A stretch of 64,000 bases of DNA from an uncultured Terracidiphilus sp. (GCA_964614635.1 CAZTLV010000016.1:18547-82546); one strand, 5' to 3'; counted from the stretch's first letter, positions 54,034 through 64,000 are shown. The notes: generated by a model not told the origin, from the sequence alone. A program made the numbers and translations.

Positions 54034-55038
54034 GTGATCATGAGGCACCTGGCAATTGTTGTTCTGTTCGGCATTTCTGTTGCTCCGCTTGCCCTCATTG
54101 CCCAATCGCCTTCTCCTCATGGAAGCACAATGATTCGTGTACTTCTCCTCGATGGACAAAGCGGCGGACCGTACCACAATTGGAGGCTCACCACTCCTGT
54201 GCTGCGTGCGGAGCTCGAGGAGACCGGGCTGTTTCAGGTCACAGTGATGACCGCGCCTCCATCGGATCAGGACCTGAGCGACTTCAAACCGGACCTAGGC
54301 CATTACCAGGTAATCGTGTCGAACTACGATGCTCCCGACTGGCCAGAGGCCCTGCGCTCACAGTTCGAGCAATACGTGAATGATGGCGGCGGCCTTGTGG
54401 TGGTGCACGCAGCTGATAATGCCTTCCCCGACTGGCCGGCATACAACCTGATGATCGGAATTGGCGGCTGGAGAGGCCGAACAGAGAAGGCAGGCCCGAT
54501 GTGGTTTATCAAGGACGGCAAGCTGGTCTCTGATTCTAGTCCTGGATCGGCCGGATCGCATGGAGCGCGGCTGCCTTTTCAGATTGCCGCGCGCCAACCA
54601 GAGCATCCCATCATGAAAGGCTTACCGCCGGTGTGGATGCATGCTGCGGACGAGCTCTACGCCACGCTTCGAGGCCCAGGCAAAAACATGACGGTGCTCG
54701 CCACCGCTCACTCCGATCCAAAAAACCATGGCACTGATCGTGACGAGCCAATGGTTATGGTCGTGAGTTACGGAAAGGGAAGAGTCTTTCACACCACGAT
54801 GGGCCACGATGTATCCGCACTAAGCTGCGTGGGCTTGATGACCTTGTTTCAGCGCGGCACTGAGTGGGCGGCAACCGGAAAAGTTACGCAGAAGATCCCG
54901 TCGGGCTTCCCCACTGCAAACACGGTGAGCTTTCGCGCGGATATCGCCTCCATGGACCCGGCATTTCTGAATGGCGCTTCCCCGCTCGTCCGCGAGGTGC
55001 AGAAGCCCGTCTCTGCTCAACCGAGTCACGCGCATTGA
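54034..55038 (+). CDS. Exported ThuA-domain protein
   Basis: It has a signal peptide. The segments IRVLLLDGQSGGPYHNW...GGGLVVVHAADNAF...HPIMKGLPPVWMHAADELY...VSYGKGRVFHTTMGH fit the ThuA pattern. An alternative ATG lies at 54040. Confidence 0.75.
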   Translation: MIMRHLAIVVLFGISVAPLALIAQSPSPHGSTMIRVLLLDGQSGGPYHNWRLTTPVLRAELEETGLFQVTVMTAPPSDQDLSDFKPDLGHYQVIVSNYDAPDWPEALRSQFEQYVNDGGGLVVVHAADNAFPDWPAYNLMIGIGGWRGRTEKAGPMWFIKDGKLVSDSSPGSAGSHGARLPFQIAARQPEHPIMKGLPPVWMHAADELYATLRGPGKNMTVLATAHSDPKNHGTDRDEPMVMVVSYGKGRVFHTTMGHDVSALSCVGLMTLFQRGTEWAATGKVTQKIPSGFPTANTVSFRADIASMDPAFLNGASPLVREVQKPVSAQPSHAH

Positions 55039-55116
55039 AGCTCGCGAACCTTTCAACGCCAACATGCTGCGGCCATAGCGCATTATCCTCCATGGCTGCT
55101 TCATCCGTCGAACGCG

Positions 55117-55434
55117 CTATTTGATTCCAATCACCATTGAGTCGGGCCCAACCAGGTGTTCCACGCGCGTCTCGCAGAAGCCAGCTTCCTTCATCCAGCC
55201 CATGCAATCGGCGCCGCCGTAGTCGAATCCCCCCGTTGTCTCGATGAGCATGTTAGGGCTCATCATCAGTCCAAATGCATTCTCCTTGCGGTCATCGCCG
55301 ATGATGCTTTCGCACACAATGAACGCGCCGCCGGGCTTGATGGCCGCATAGGCCTTGTCAATCAGCATCCTTTTCTGCTCCAGGTCCCAGTCCTGAAGGA
55401 TGTCTACTTCAGGTTTAGATAATTGATTGGCAAG
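55117..55434 (-). pseudogene. Remnant of a class I SAM-dependent O-methyltransferase (C-terminal third only)
   Basis: The open frame reads ..[78 protein letters not shown].., which is typical of the C-terminal end of O-methyltransferases. An in-frame stop at 55437..55435 closes it upstream. The SAM-binding half is absent and its place is taken by the 3' end of the neighbouring gene. Confidence 0.55.
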
Positions 55435-55960
55435 TCATTTCCTGCATATTGGCACTTTCCCGCGTGCATCCGATTCCTTCCATCAGCCCGCAAAGTTTCT
55501 TCAACGAGCAGGGCCACATGCTGGAATGCCATTCTTCTTCATGCTTGCTGAAGAATCCACTATGCCTTAATTTCAGGGTGCAATATTCCGGCCCGCCGCT
55601 TAGACGGATCTCTACCGTCGATTTAGGACGATCTCCTGCCAGGTCGCGCTCCCAAAGATAGGTGATGCGATTCGGCTTGGAAAGCAGGCATGATCCATAA
55701 ATGCTGCGCACACGGACATTCGCGCTGAACAGGTCGATTCGAAACCTGTCAAACGACCTCCGTTCCGGATGGCATTCGATTCGGTCGGCTTCTGGGAACT
55801 GAAGCCAGGCTTCAATATATTCCGGAATCGCGAGAGCATACAGAACTCGGCACGGCTCAGCTCCAATTTGCACTGAAGCGGAAACGGCAAGTGGCGACGG
55901 ACCGCTGGCCGTTGAGAATGCTTCCTTGTTGTATTGATCATCCAATACCGCTGGAAACAT
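55415..55960 (-). CDS. SRPBCC (AHSA1/START-like) domain protein
   Basis: 181 aa. The pattern [25 protein letters not shown]...RITYLWE...[23 protein letters not shown]...W...L resembles the AHSA1/polyketide-cyclase-like fold. Confidence 0.55.
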   Translation of the reverse strand: MFPAVLDDQYNKEAFSTASGPSPLAVSASVQIGAEPCRVLYALAIPEYIEAWLQFPEADRIECHPERRSFDRFRIDLFSANVRVRSIYGSCLLSKPNRITYLWERDLAGDRPKSTVEIRLSGGPEYCTLKLRHSGFFSKHEEEWHSSMWPCSLKKLCGLMEGIGCTRESANMQEMTCQSII

Positions 55961-56295
55961 GTCGCCTCTCCTGATTTATTCAAGAAGCAGTCAAGAGTCC
56001 GAACAAACAACGAGGGAACCGGATTGTGACCAGAAGCGCAAATCAGAGATGAGATGCTCTCCTGCGCCTTCGATCTCCCATTTGTGTGAACTTGCGTGAC
56101 GAGCGAGCTCGATCATCGAGCATAAAGAGTATGCATTTGTGGAGAAACCTCAACTTCCGGTCTGCCGCCCTGGATTCTTGCGCCGAAGTAACAAAATCCG
56201 TGACGAACCGCCATCCGCATTCGACGAGCTGGAGTTTTCAGCGAAAGAATGCTCCGATCGGCAAGTATGCAAAGTTCAAGAAAGCATATTCCAGT

Positions 56296-57051
56296 TCAGC
56301 CGCGAATCAGCAACTCGCTCACACGAGAGCGATAGCTGCGACTCATGGGCACCTTTTGACCATTGACCAGCAAAACGCTGAAGTCCCCTGTGGGTTCGGT
56401 CCTCACTTCCTTCACATATTGCAAATTCACAATCGAGGACCGGTGAACGCGCAGAAACACCTGCGGATCAAGCCGCACTTCGAGGTGCGCCATGGTCTCG
56501 CGCAACAGGTGCGTTTCCTTTTCAGTACAGATCCGCACATAGTTTTCCTCGGCTCCAATCCAGCGGATGTCCGCAACAGGCAGAAACAGAATGCGCCCGC
56601 GAGATTTGAAGACAATACGCGTGGTATATGGGCTTTCATGTTTTGACTTTCCGTTGCTTTGCCCCGTTGTCTGCTCGGGAGCGCTGAACTGATCTCGCAC
56701 CCGTTGAACAGCGGTGCGCAGTCGTTCTGTGGTGAACGGTTTGAGCAAATAATCGACTGCATGGATTTCGAATGCCCGCACTGCATACTGATCGTAGGCC
56801 GTGGTGAAAACGATACGGGGCAACGGCTTGTCGGTGATCGAAGAAAGTGCGCCAACCACATCGAAACCGTCCATGCCGGGCATGCGGATGTCGAGAAACA
56901 ACAAGTCGGGTCCTGCCGCGCGCACCAGTTCAATGGTCTCCGATGCGCTCGCACCTTCTCCCACAATGTCAACATCCGGTTCATCTCGAAGCAGTTGACG
57001 CAGCTTCTGCCGCGCCAGCACTTCATCGTCAGCCAGGACTGTGTGGATCAT
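56296..57051 (-). CDS. LytR/AlgR-family response regulator (REC plus LytTR DNA-binding domain)
   Basis: The REC domain is VLADDEVLARQKL...DLLFLDIRMPGMDGFDVV. The LytTR domain is ILFLPVADIRWIGAEENYVRICT...LDPQVFLRVHRSSIVNLQYV. The start overlaps the kinase stop. Confidence 0.9.
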   Translation of the reverse strand: MIHTVLADDEVLARQKLRQLLRDEPDVDIVGEGASASETIELVRAAGPDLLFLDIRMPGMDGFDVVGALSSITDKPLPRIVFTTAYDQYAVRAFEIHAVDYLLKPFTTERLRTAVQRVRDQFSAPEQTTGQSNGKSKHESPYTTRIVFKSRGRILFLPVADIRWIGAEENYVRICTEKETHLLRETMAHLEVRLDPQVFLRVHRSSIVNLQYVKEVRTEPTGDFSVLLVNGQKVPMSRSYRSRVSELLIRG

Positions 57052-58148
57052 TGCGCAACGAACCTCGCGGTTTCTTCTTCTTCGCTTTGAGACATTTGAA
57101 GCGGGATCGACAAGGTCACCTGTACCGTGTTTCGCCCAATTTCGCTGATTTGAAAGCTGTGATCGTCGCCGTAATGCAATTGCAGCCGCCCCTTGATGTT
57201 GGCCAAGCCGACTCCCTGGCCTCCAGTGCGCTTGCTCGAGTCCGGTACCAGTCCAATGCCGGTGTTCAGCACAGAGAATATGAGATGGCCGCGGTCCTCG
57301 TGCGCCTCAATCGCGAGCAGCCCACCCTTGTCGATCTTTGACAGCCCATGCGCATATGCGTTTTCAACAATAGGCTGCAGAATCATCGTTGGCACGAGAA
57401 CGTCGTACAACGAGGCATCCACCTTGATCGATTGCTGCACCCGGCCCACAAATCGCTTGTCCTGCATGGCCAGATACATTTCAATGAATTCCATCTCATC
57501 GCGCAATCGAATGAGCGGGGCATCGCCGCGTTCCAGCGTAATACGCAACAGGCTCCCAAGTTGTTCCAGCATCATGTCTGCCCCTTCAACGTCCGTACGC
57601 ATCAAGCTCGAGATGCTGTTCATCGTATTGAAAAGGAAATGCGGATTCAGTTGCATGCGCAGCGCCGATATTTGTGCATGAGCCAGCTGAGCTTCTAATT
57701 GATTTGCTGCGTCTTCCTTCTCCCTGAAGCTCTGGTAATAGCCCATCCCTCTGAACAAGCCGAAGGCGCACCAGAAGATCACTACGTTGTCGAACAGTTC
57801 TTCACTCAACTCAAACCACAGCCTGTGCCAGTAGGCCATGTGGGGGCGATTCAACGGTAAATTCGGAAAGCAGAGAACCCAGATCATCTCCACAAGAATG
57901 CTGGTGAGAATACTGAGAGGAAGAACCCGGGTGAGAATGCAGGCGATCCCGGCCCGCTGAATCTGTGCGCCCCACAGCTGCCACAATAGCCAACTGACAA
58001 CGCCCCACAGGAAATACTGCACTCCCCAGGCTTCAAGCAGAAGAGGAATCGGGATGCGATAGCTCCATAGGCGCATCCCCATCCACTCCTGAAAAGCGAA
58101 CAATCCGCCCACCAGGACCGATGAACTGATAAAAATCGCCGGATGCAT
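57048..58148 (-). CDS. LytS/YehU-type sensor histidine kinase
   Basis: I chose the ATG at 58148 (MHPAIFISSSVLVGG...). It has about 5 TM helices, the His_kinase motif LRMQLNPHFLFNTMNSISSLM, and the HATPase region ILQPIVENAYAHGL. The track start at 58418 would overlap the upstream gene. Confidence 0.85.
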   Translation of the reverse strand: MHPAIFISSSVLVGGLFAFQEWMGMRLWSYRIPIPLLLEAWGVQYFLWGVVSWLLWQLWGAQIQRAGIACILTRVLPLSILTSILVEMIWVLCFPNLPLNRPHMAYWHRLWFELSEELFDNVVIFWCAFGLFRGMGYYQSFREKEDAANQLEAQLAHAQISALRMQLNPHFLFNTMNSISSLMRTDVEGADMMLEQLGSLLRITLERGDAPLIRLRDEMEFIEMYLAMQDKRFVGRVQQSIKVDASLYDVLVPTMILQPIVENAYAHGLSKIDKGGLLAIEAHEDRGHLIFSVLNTGIGLVPDSSKRTGGQGVGLANIKGRLQLHYGDDHSFQISEIGRNTVQVTLSIPLQMSQSEEEETARFVAQ

Positions 58149-58263
58149 GAATACCGGCTGGTTTTTTGAACTCGTTTTTAGCAATGGCTTCAGTGGATGA
58201 CCCTCAACTTTCTCTTGTCCAGGCGGCGGGATCGCGTACCCCGCCGCCTGCGGCCCCGTGCTG

Positions 58264-59388
58264 TCAGGCCGGTGGAAGTGACAAAGCCCTTCCGGCCCGC
58301 AGGTTATGATCCTCCGCTGTAAGAGGCGACGCCAGGAATTGCTTCCAGCCTTCACCATCCTTATAGACGAAGGCCAACGCGGAAGGGTGCTCTGCAAACC
58401 ATCCACTTGCCGCCGCAATCTGCATAGCCACTTGCTGAGCGGTCAAGCTTGCAGACAGTTTACGCAAATCGTTTGCGACCAGTGCTTTTGCCTCGTCTCC
58501 CCCTTGAAGAGCCGCCACATGGAAATGGTAATAAGCTTCCACCGGGTTTGCGCTGTCGCGGGCCAGCATGCCCAGCGCGACTGACGCCTTCCATGAGCCT
58601 GCGCGCGCCGCTGCTGTCAGCAGTGTGCCGGCCTCTTGCGAAGATTGGGCAAGCTCAGGGTGTCTCTCAGCCAGCACTCCCAGGGAATACATAGCCGGTA
58701 CAAATCCTGCCGAAGCGGACCGGCGAAGAAGCCTTGCAGCCTTGGGGAGATCGCGTGCATGGTCGTCCTTGCCGGAATTGAGCAAGCCCAGGTTAAAGGC
58801 GGCTATCGGGTCGTGCATTTTTACGCCGGTCACAAACCACTTTTCGGCGGTGGCTTTATCCTGGACTACCCCGTGGCCGAAGTAATACATATTCCCCAGA
58901 TACGTCGCCGCGGTTCCGTCGCCCTTGCTCACGGCGTCCTGAAACAACTGCGCGGCGAGTGGAATATCCTGTCGAACCCCGTCTCCCCAAAAGTAAAGCA
59001 ATGCAAGGTTCACCTTGGCCTGCACCAGGCCTGAAGCCGCAGACAGTTGATACCAGTGGAAAGCCTGGGTGGAATCGGCCGGAACCCCAGACCCCGTCAT
59101 GTAGAGGAAGCCGATCTCGTTTTGTGCCGCAGGGTCTCCACCCTCAGCCGCTTTTTGGAACCAATAGGCCGCCCTCGTCATATCCTGGGCAACACCATTG
59201 CCTTTTACATACGCTGACGCCAATTGAACCTCTTGGGATAGATTGCCACGTTCTGCGGCGGCCTCAAGGTGGGGAATATCGGCATCGGCGGCGAAACTGG
59301 TTCGACCGGCGAGCAGCAGGCCGGCGGTGGCGAGTAGTGTGAGGCAAATGGCAAAGCGGAGCTGCTGATTTCGAGACGCATGAATCAT
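58264..59388 (-). CDS. Exported Sel1-like repeat (SLR) protein
   Basis: The ATG at 59388 follows GGAGG. The signal peptide is LRFAICLTLLATAGLLLAGRTSFA. There are at least 6 SLR units of the form A(Q/A)xxLGxxYxxGxGVxQDxxxAxxWFxKAAxxG. Confidence 0.85.
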   Translation of the reverse strand: MIHASRNQQLRFAICLTLLATAGLLLAGRTSFAADADIPHLEAAAERGNLSQEVQLASAYVKGNGVAQDMTRAAYWFQKAAEGGDPAAQNEIGFLYMTGSGVPADSTQAFHWYQLSAASGLVQAKVNLALLYFWGDGVRQDIPLAAQLFQDAVSKGDGTAATYLGNMYYFGHGVVQDKATAEKWFVTGVKMHDPIAAFNLGLLNSGKDDHARDLPKAARLLRRSASAGFVPAMYSLGVLAERHPELAQSSQEAGTLLTAAARAGSWKASVALGMLARDSANPVEAYYHFHVAALQGGDEAKALVANDLRKLSASLTAQQVAMQIAAASGWFAEHPSALAFVYKDGEGWKQFLASPLTAEDHNLRAGRALSLPPA

Positions 59389-59793
59389 GGGAACCTCCGG
59401 GGATTGATTGAGACATTTCATCGCAACACTGCTTGTTTTGGAAATGAGCAGCAGATGTTGCGTAGACTTGTTGGGATACGCCAGGTAATCAACCCCGTTC
59501 CCCATTCCGGACGCCCTTTATCTCACCTGCATACATCGAAATCCGCTCTCGCCGTCGTTCACCGGCAAAAATGCACACTTCGTCACAAAAGTTGCGAGAT
59601 CATTCTTTTAGAATGCAGTGAGACGAAAGCACGAAACCGACAATGACCCACCAATGACCCACGCAGCAATCAGGCAGGCCCGTCGCAGAGCTTCTGATTA
59701 CGTTCTGCGGTGCACCGCTTGCTGCAAGCGAATCGACGCGTTGCGATTTCGACGGATGCGTGGTCATTCCGGTTTCTGCAGCGCAAGGATTCC

Positions 59794-62700
59794 TCAAAAG
59801 CGGATCTTTCCGCCCAGCTCTAACCGTCGGCGGTCAATTCCAGAGAAAACTGAGTTGGTTTGGGCATCGCCGTCTGGATTGAAGTAGGTGTTGCCGAATG
59901 TTCCGCCCGCTTCGCTGAAGTTCCCAAAGTCTATGTTGGTCCCTGGCGTGCCCCGGTACTGGCGATTCATAACGTTGTAAGCGGTTCCCCGCGTCTCAAT
60001 TGAAATGCGGTCGTTCAGCTTGAAAGTCTTCAGCACCGCAAGGTTTGCATTGTTGATCGTATCTCCGCGCTGCTGATTTCGACCTCCTCCCGTAAAGGGA
60101 GTGCCAAAGAACTGAGCAGAAGTATCGTTGTTTGCGATCCAATGCACGCTCTGCATCGAGACCGACGCGCCGGTGTAAAAGTCCACAATCCCACAGTCGC
60201 CGGCGGAAGCGTCTGTGCATTCGCCCACCGAGGTAAACGAAGCCTTGCGGTTGTTGAGGATCGGCCTGCAGGTGGTACCGCCTGAAACCGCCGTCGGGTC
60301 GCAAAGCATCGTGTTTGAGGCAGGGTTCTCCACCACCGTATACGGTTGTCCGCTCGCAAATCGCCAAACCGGATTCACTTGCCATCCGCCGATAAGTCTG
60401 TCTGTCAGCGAGTTTTCCTTTCCTACCCTGGGCACTTCGAAGATCATGTAGACCGATGTCAGTTGCGGATAATCAAGACCGCTGACAGCCCGTTCCGCCT
60501 TGCCCAAATCGAACGGGCTTTGCGCAAAGGCAGTTGTATTCCCGCCAACACCGGTCGAATAAATCTCGCTCACATTGTCAATATCCTTGCTCCACGTGTA
60601 GCTGACCCCTGCAGTCACCCCATGCCAGTGTTCAATGCTCAATCGCGACTGCAGCCCGTGGTAAATCGAGAAGCCGGTGTTTCCCAAAGTAATTACATTG
60701 GTTCGATTGCAATCGACATAGCCGGCCGTGGCTCCCGGTGAATTCGCCGTGGTGCAGGGAGTCAATCCGGATGGAATCACCTTTTGAAATCCAGCCTGAA
60801 TCAAGGGTCCCAGCGCTGGATTTCCGTCGCGAATCTGGTAAAGGCCGACCCCGTGGTTTCCTAAATAGCGCACTTCGCCGACGATATGGCTGCTGAATGC
60901 CTCCTGGACGCCGAGCGTCCACTGCTCCGTGTATGGGTTATGCAGGTTGGGGTCGGTATTGGATTCCGACGCAAATCCTGGGTTGCCTCCCAGCGGAACC
61001 TGCGGATTGATGATTGTTCGCAGCGATGACGCCAAGCCGCTTGAAGGGATGCAACTGTTGCATGTCTGAAGGTCGACGTAGTTCACCATGGGAGTGCTCT
61101 GCGCAATGTTTGCAAATGGGTTGTTAAACGATGAGTCAAAGCCAAGGTGGAACCCGCCGCGAATGACGATGGAATTCTGACTGCGCGCCAATGGCTGCCA
61201 TGAAAATCCAGCAAGTGGGCCGAAGTTATGACTGTTAATGGGCAGCGACTGCACCGTTCTCAGGCTCAGGGGCAGTGACGTGTCCCAGAAGGCCGTGCTC
61301 ACCCTGGACTCCCTCATGGTTGTGTAGTTATGCAGTCCGTTGATTGGCTGACTTTGAATCTCATAGCGAAGACCCGCCGAGAGCGACAGATGGGGGTTCA
61401 GGCGCACATCGTCCTGGATGTACAGAGCTCCCGCGTTATACGTCAGGGGATACGCCGAGGCGCCTTCGGCGTATTGGGTCAACTGCGGATCGCTTTGAAT
61501 GAAATCGGCGAAGCTTCCGAATGTGAAATAGCCGTTAATAAACGGGATTCCGAAGTCGGTTTCAGGGAAGTGATTGAATTCACCTCCGAATTTGACATTG
61601 TGCTTGCCTTTTTGCCAGGTCGCATTGTCTTGGATCTGTGAGCTCTGAATCACCCGCCCCTGCGGCCAGAATGAGTTGAACTCGCCTATGTTCAGGTCTG
61701 TCGAATCTGCAAAGTTCACTCGGATTGGGCAGCCAGTCAGGATGGTTGCATCGGTACAACTCGGAAATCCTCCACCCCCAAATCCGATTGCGGAATGCGA
61801 ATAGCTATAACGAGTCTGGTTCAGGAAGCGGTCGTTGAAGGTATGCGTCCAATCCGCGCCCACCAATTGACTTGCTCCGCCGTCGTTCACAAACGTGCCG
61901 GTCACTCCTTCGGTCGGTCCGAAAAAGTTGTAGTCGTAATAGAACGACTTCTGGTAGATATAGCGTCCAAAGATTCGGTCGCGAGAGGTCGGTTGGTAGT
62001 CAGCCCGTCCCATCGCTTCACCGTCATCAAACGGTGTTGCAAACGCGCGACGCGCAGTGGCGAACTCAATGGGCTGGCCCAACACCATTTCGGTGGTAGG
62101 CGTTCCAAAGGTAAGCTTCCCGGCCTTTACGCTCGCCGGGCCAATCGCAGCCAGTGCACCAACCGCCGCATTGTTTGGGAAAGCGCTTTGCAACTCGGTA
62201 ATCCCATTGGGAGTAGGCGTCATGAATGGCGCCGAAGACGATGGCGCTTCTCCGGTTCTGGTATGTTCAAAGTTTCCCGAACCGAAGTACCAGAGTTTGT
62301 CTCGTTTGATCGGGCCTCCAGCCGTTCCACCCCAGCGGTTGTCAACGTAACGCGGAATGGTTGGCTCGATGCACCCTGTGGAGGCGCTCACACCCGGCGG
62401 GCAGTAGCCTAGCAGCGGGCTTTTGTCCTGGTTTGCCAGCGAATCAGCCCAACTCCCGTTGTAGAATTCGTACGCAGTTCCGTGCAACTGGTTCGTTCCA
62501 GACTTGGTAATGTAATTCACTACCGCGCCGCTGTTTCGGCCGTATTCGGCACTGTCCTGGGTAATGATCTGCACTTCGGCAATGGCGTCCTGGTTCCCAA
62601 AAAAGACGTTTGGACCTCCAATATTGGTATCGTTATTGGCTTGGCCGTCGAGTTGGAAATTATTGTTTCGGTCGCGGACGCCATTCGTTGAAAACTCGGC

Positions 62701-63249
62701 GCCGTTGCTGTTTGTAAACACGTTTCCGCCTGACGGCGCAATTCCCGGCGCCAGCAGCGCTACGACGTCAAAACCGTTGCCAATGGGCAGGTCTGAGGCT
62801 TTCTGGGTGTCGAATTCCTGGCTGATCTGGACGGCATCAGGCTGTAGAATTGCCGCGGCGCCCTGAACCGTCACTGCTTCTGAAGAGCCAATCTTCAAGG
62901 TCAGCGTGCCCAGCGGGGTCTGTGTCCCAGTCTGAACTAACACATTCTCAACCTTCAACGCGACAAATCCTGGGGCTTCCACGCTCACGGTATAGGTGCC
63001 AATTGGAAGGCCGGGCAATTGGAATGAGCCCTCCCCATTGGCTACGGTGCGGGACGATGAATTCGTTGCATTCTGCATCGCAATTACAGTGGCGCCGGCC
63101 ACCACTGCCCCGCTGGGATCCTGAACCACTCCACCTATGGAACCAGTGACAATTCCCTGGCCGACGCTGAACCTGCCTGCAGACGTCAAAGCAAATAAAA
63201 CCGTGAACAAAATGGCCCGCAAAATTTGTGCGCGCATCGTTAACTCCAT
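59794..63249 (-). CDS. TonB-dependent outer-membrane receptor with an N-terminal carboxypeptidase-regulatory-like domain
   Basis: 1151 aa with a signal peptide. The N-terminal segment is GSIGGVVQDPSGAVVAGATVIAMQNATNSSSRTVANGEGSFQLPGLPIGTYTVSVEAPGF. A long beta-barrel follows and ends in the C-terminal ...LELGGKIRF (terminal Phe). Confidence 0.9.
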   Translation of the reverse strand: MELTMRAQILRAILFTVLFALTSAGRFSVGQGIVTGSIGGVVQDPSGAVVAGATVIAMQNATNSSSRTVANGEGSFQLPGLPIGTYTVSVEAPGFVALKVENVLVQTGTQTPLGTLTLKIGSSEAVTVQGAAAILQPDAVQISQEFDTQKASDLPIGNGFDVVALLAPGIAPSGGNVFTNSNGAEFSTNGVRDRNNNFQLDGQANNDTNIGGPNVFFGNQDAIAEVQIITQDSAEYGRNSGAVVNYITKSGTNQLHGTAYEFYNGSWADSLANQDKSPLLGYCPPGVSASTGCIEPTIPRYVDNRWGGTAGGPIKRDKLWYFGSGNFEHTRTGEAPSSSAPFMTPTPNGITELQSAFPNNAAVGALAAIGPASVKAGKLTFGTPTTEMVLGQPIEFATARRAFATPFDDGEAMGRADYQPTSRDRIFGRYIYQKSFYYDYNFFGPTEGVTGTFVNDGGASQLVGADWTHTFNDRFLNQTRYSYSHSAIGFGGGGFPSCTDATILTGCPIRVNFADSTDLNIGEFNSFWPQGRVIQSSQIQDNATWQKGKHNVKFGGEFNHFPETDFGIPFINGYFTFGSFADFIQSDPQLTQYAEGASAYPLTYNAGALYIQDDVRLNPHLSLSAGLRYEIQSQPINGLHNYTTMRESRVSTAFWDTSLPLSLRTVQSLPINSHNFGPLAGFSWQPLARSQNSIVIRGGFHLGFDSSFNNPFANIAQSTPMVNYVDLQTCNSCIPSSGLASSLRTIINPQVPLGGNPGFASESNTDPNLHNPYTEQWTLGVQEAFSSHIVGEVRYLGNHGVGLYQIRDGNPALGPLIQAGFQKVIPSGLTPCTTANSPGATAGYVDCNRTNVITLGNTGFSIYHGLQSRLSIEHWHGVTAGVSYTWSKDIDNVSEIYSTGVGGNTTAFAQSPFDLGKAERAVSGLDYPQLTSVYMIFEVPRVGKENSLTDRLIGGWQVNPVWRFASGQPYTVVENPASNTMLCDPTAVSGGTTCRPILNNRKASFTSVGECTDASAGDCGIVDFYTGASVSMQSVHWIANNDTSAQFFGTPFTGGGRNQQRGDTINNANLAVLKTFKLNDRISIETRGTAYNVMNRQYRGTPGTNIDFGNFSEAGGTFGNTYFNPDGDAQTNSVFSGIDRRRLELGGKIRF

Positions 63250-63437
63250 TCCATCGGATTGACATCCACCGGAGTCGGAGGGTGCACTCGTTCAGCCATT
63301 CGGCCGCCGCACTTCGCTTATGTGACAGAATGACAACCTAAGGGGACAAATCTCGGTATCAGGGGAGGCAATGCAGAACCAGTCAGATAGGCCGAAGTTA
63401 ATTCTTTAGCGTGAATCCGCGAACCTGAAGAGTGCGG

Positions 63438-63457
63438 AAAACCCCGTATGGGGATTT
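63438..63457 (-). terminator. Weak terminator-like hairpin upstream of the receptor gene
   Basis: On the minus strand the sequence is AAATCCCC-ATAC-GGGGTTTT followed by CC. The stem is 8 bp with one mismatch. It would terminate transcripts entering from the right edge. Confidence 0.3.
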
Positions 63458-64000
63458 ATATTGAGTGACAAAACGTCAATCGAGCCCCACGAGATGTAAT
63501 TTCTTATGATCGGTTGCGTGATTGAAGCAGTGACCAAGTAGAAACGGATATGACTTTACGGATTCAAGCAGTCAATGGGCTTAACCTGTTTATTGGACTT
63601 CTTCAGCCATTTGCCCGGCCCCGAACCGGTCCATTTTTGAAGCCGATCGGACGAAGGGAAGTGTACAAGGCAACTGACCTTCACGGCCAGCTTTCTGCCT
63701 GTTGAACTGCGACAACACCATCCGATCCCCCCGGCCACAGGATACGAATCCATTGCGGACGGGGCGGCTTCAAGGTTATGCGGCGTATCAACGCGCGCGC
63801 ACACGCTTTATTCTCCCCACCTGGCTGATTCCGTTTCTATCCAAGCTGACCGGTGAAGCCATCAAGGGCGGCATCGAGTCGGCTAGCACTGTCACGGAAA
63901 TCCCCAAGAATACTGTTGAAACCGAAAAAGCCCGGCTGAAATCATTGAATTGAAACGCTCTCAAGAGGAACACAAGGCCCGGATCGCTCCCGCGTCGTTT

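Noticed and set aside
63556-63804. An 82-aa minus-strand ORF and the overlapping 83-aa plus-strand ORF (63702..63953), considered as genes.
   Set aside because: There is no recognisable motif, no clear ribosome-binding site, and the two ORFs overlap each other. They are left unannotated.
1-64000. A search by eye for tRNA, rRNA, tmRNA, CRISPR arrays and IS, transposase or integrase genes.
   Set aside because: I saw no T-loop-like GGTTCGAATCC-type motifs, no rRNA-like conserved stretches, no repeat/spacer arrays and no transposase or integrase-like translations. A covariance-model scan would be needed to exclude small RNAs.

Overview
This is a gene-dense, high-GC chromosomal segment of 64 kb with about 54 protein-coding genes. 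I found no rRNA or tRNA genes, no CRISPR array, and no recognisable transposase or integrase. Lineage is inferred only: a PadR regulator next to an orphan duplicated FtsX/MacB-type (ADOP-like) permease, an 1151-aa TonB-dependent receptor that opens with a carboxypeptidase-regulatory-like domain, and many exported cupin/LamG proteins suggest Acidobacteriota (Terriglobia-like). Housekeeping genes are rpmB, msrB, ridA, panB-panC, hemL, purM-purN, folD, coaE, an HtrA-type protease and an Fpg/Nei glycosylase. There are five accessory blocks worth attention. (1) 45854..53945 is a tightly packed four-gene operon. It encodes two C14 caspase-family proteins, a TPR-CHAT protein and an unknown protein. 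All four carry signal peptides and all three proteases keep intact His/Cys dyads. This is my top candidate for an undescribed system. (2) 1..5291 is a Dlt-like operon (MBOAT, two SGNH-fold paralogues, a carrier protein, and a FabH-like protein whose active-site Cys is Ser) that runs off the left edge. (3) 28227..32363 encodes a membrane-anchored tetrahaem cytochrome c, NrfC-like and NrfD-like subunits and a large polytopic membrane protein, with no catalytic subunit nearby. (4) 32456..36074 holds an ECF sigma/anti-sigma pair divergent from an exported protein. (5) 36494..45569 is a glycan-processing and sugar-salvage gene string. All functional calls come from reading motifs in the translations; no database search was possible. 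Start codons were re-chosen where the supplied ORF track gave an implausible N-terminal extension.
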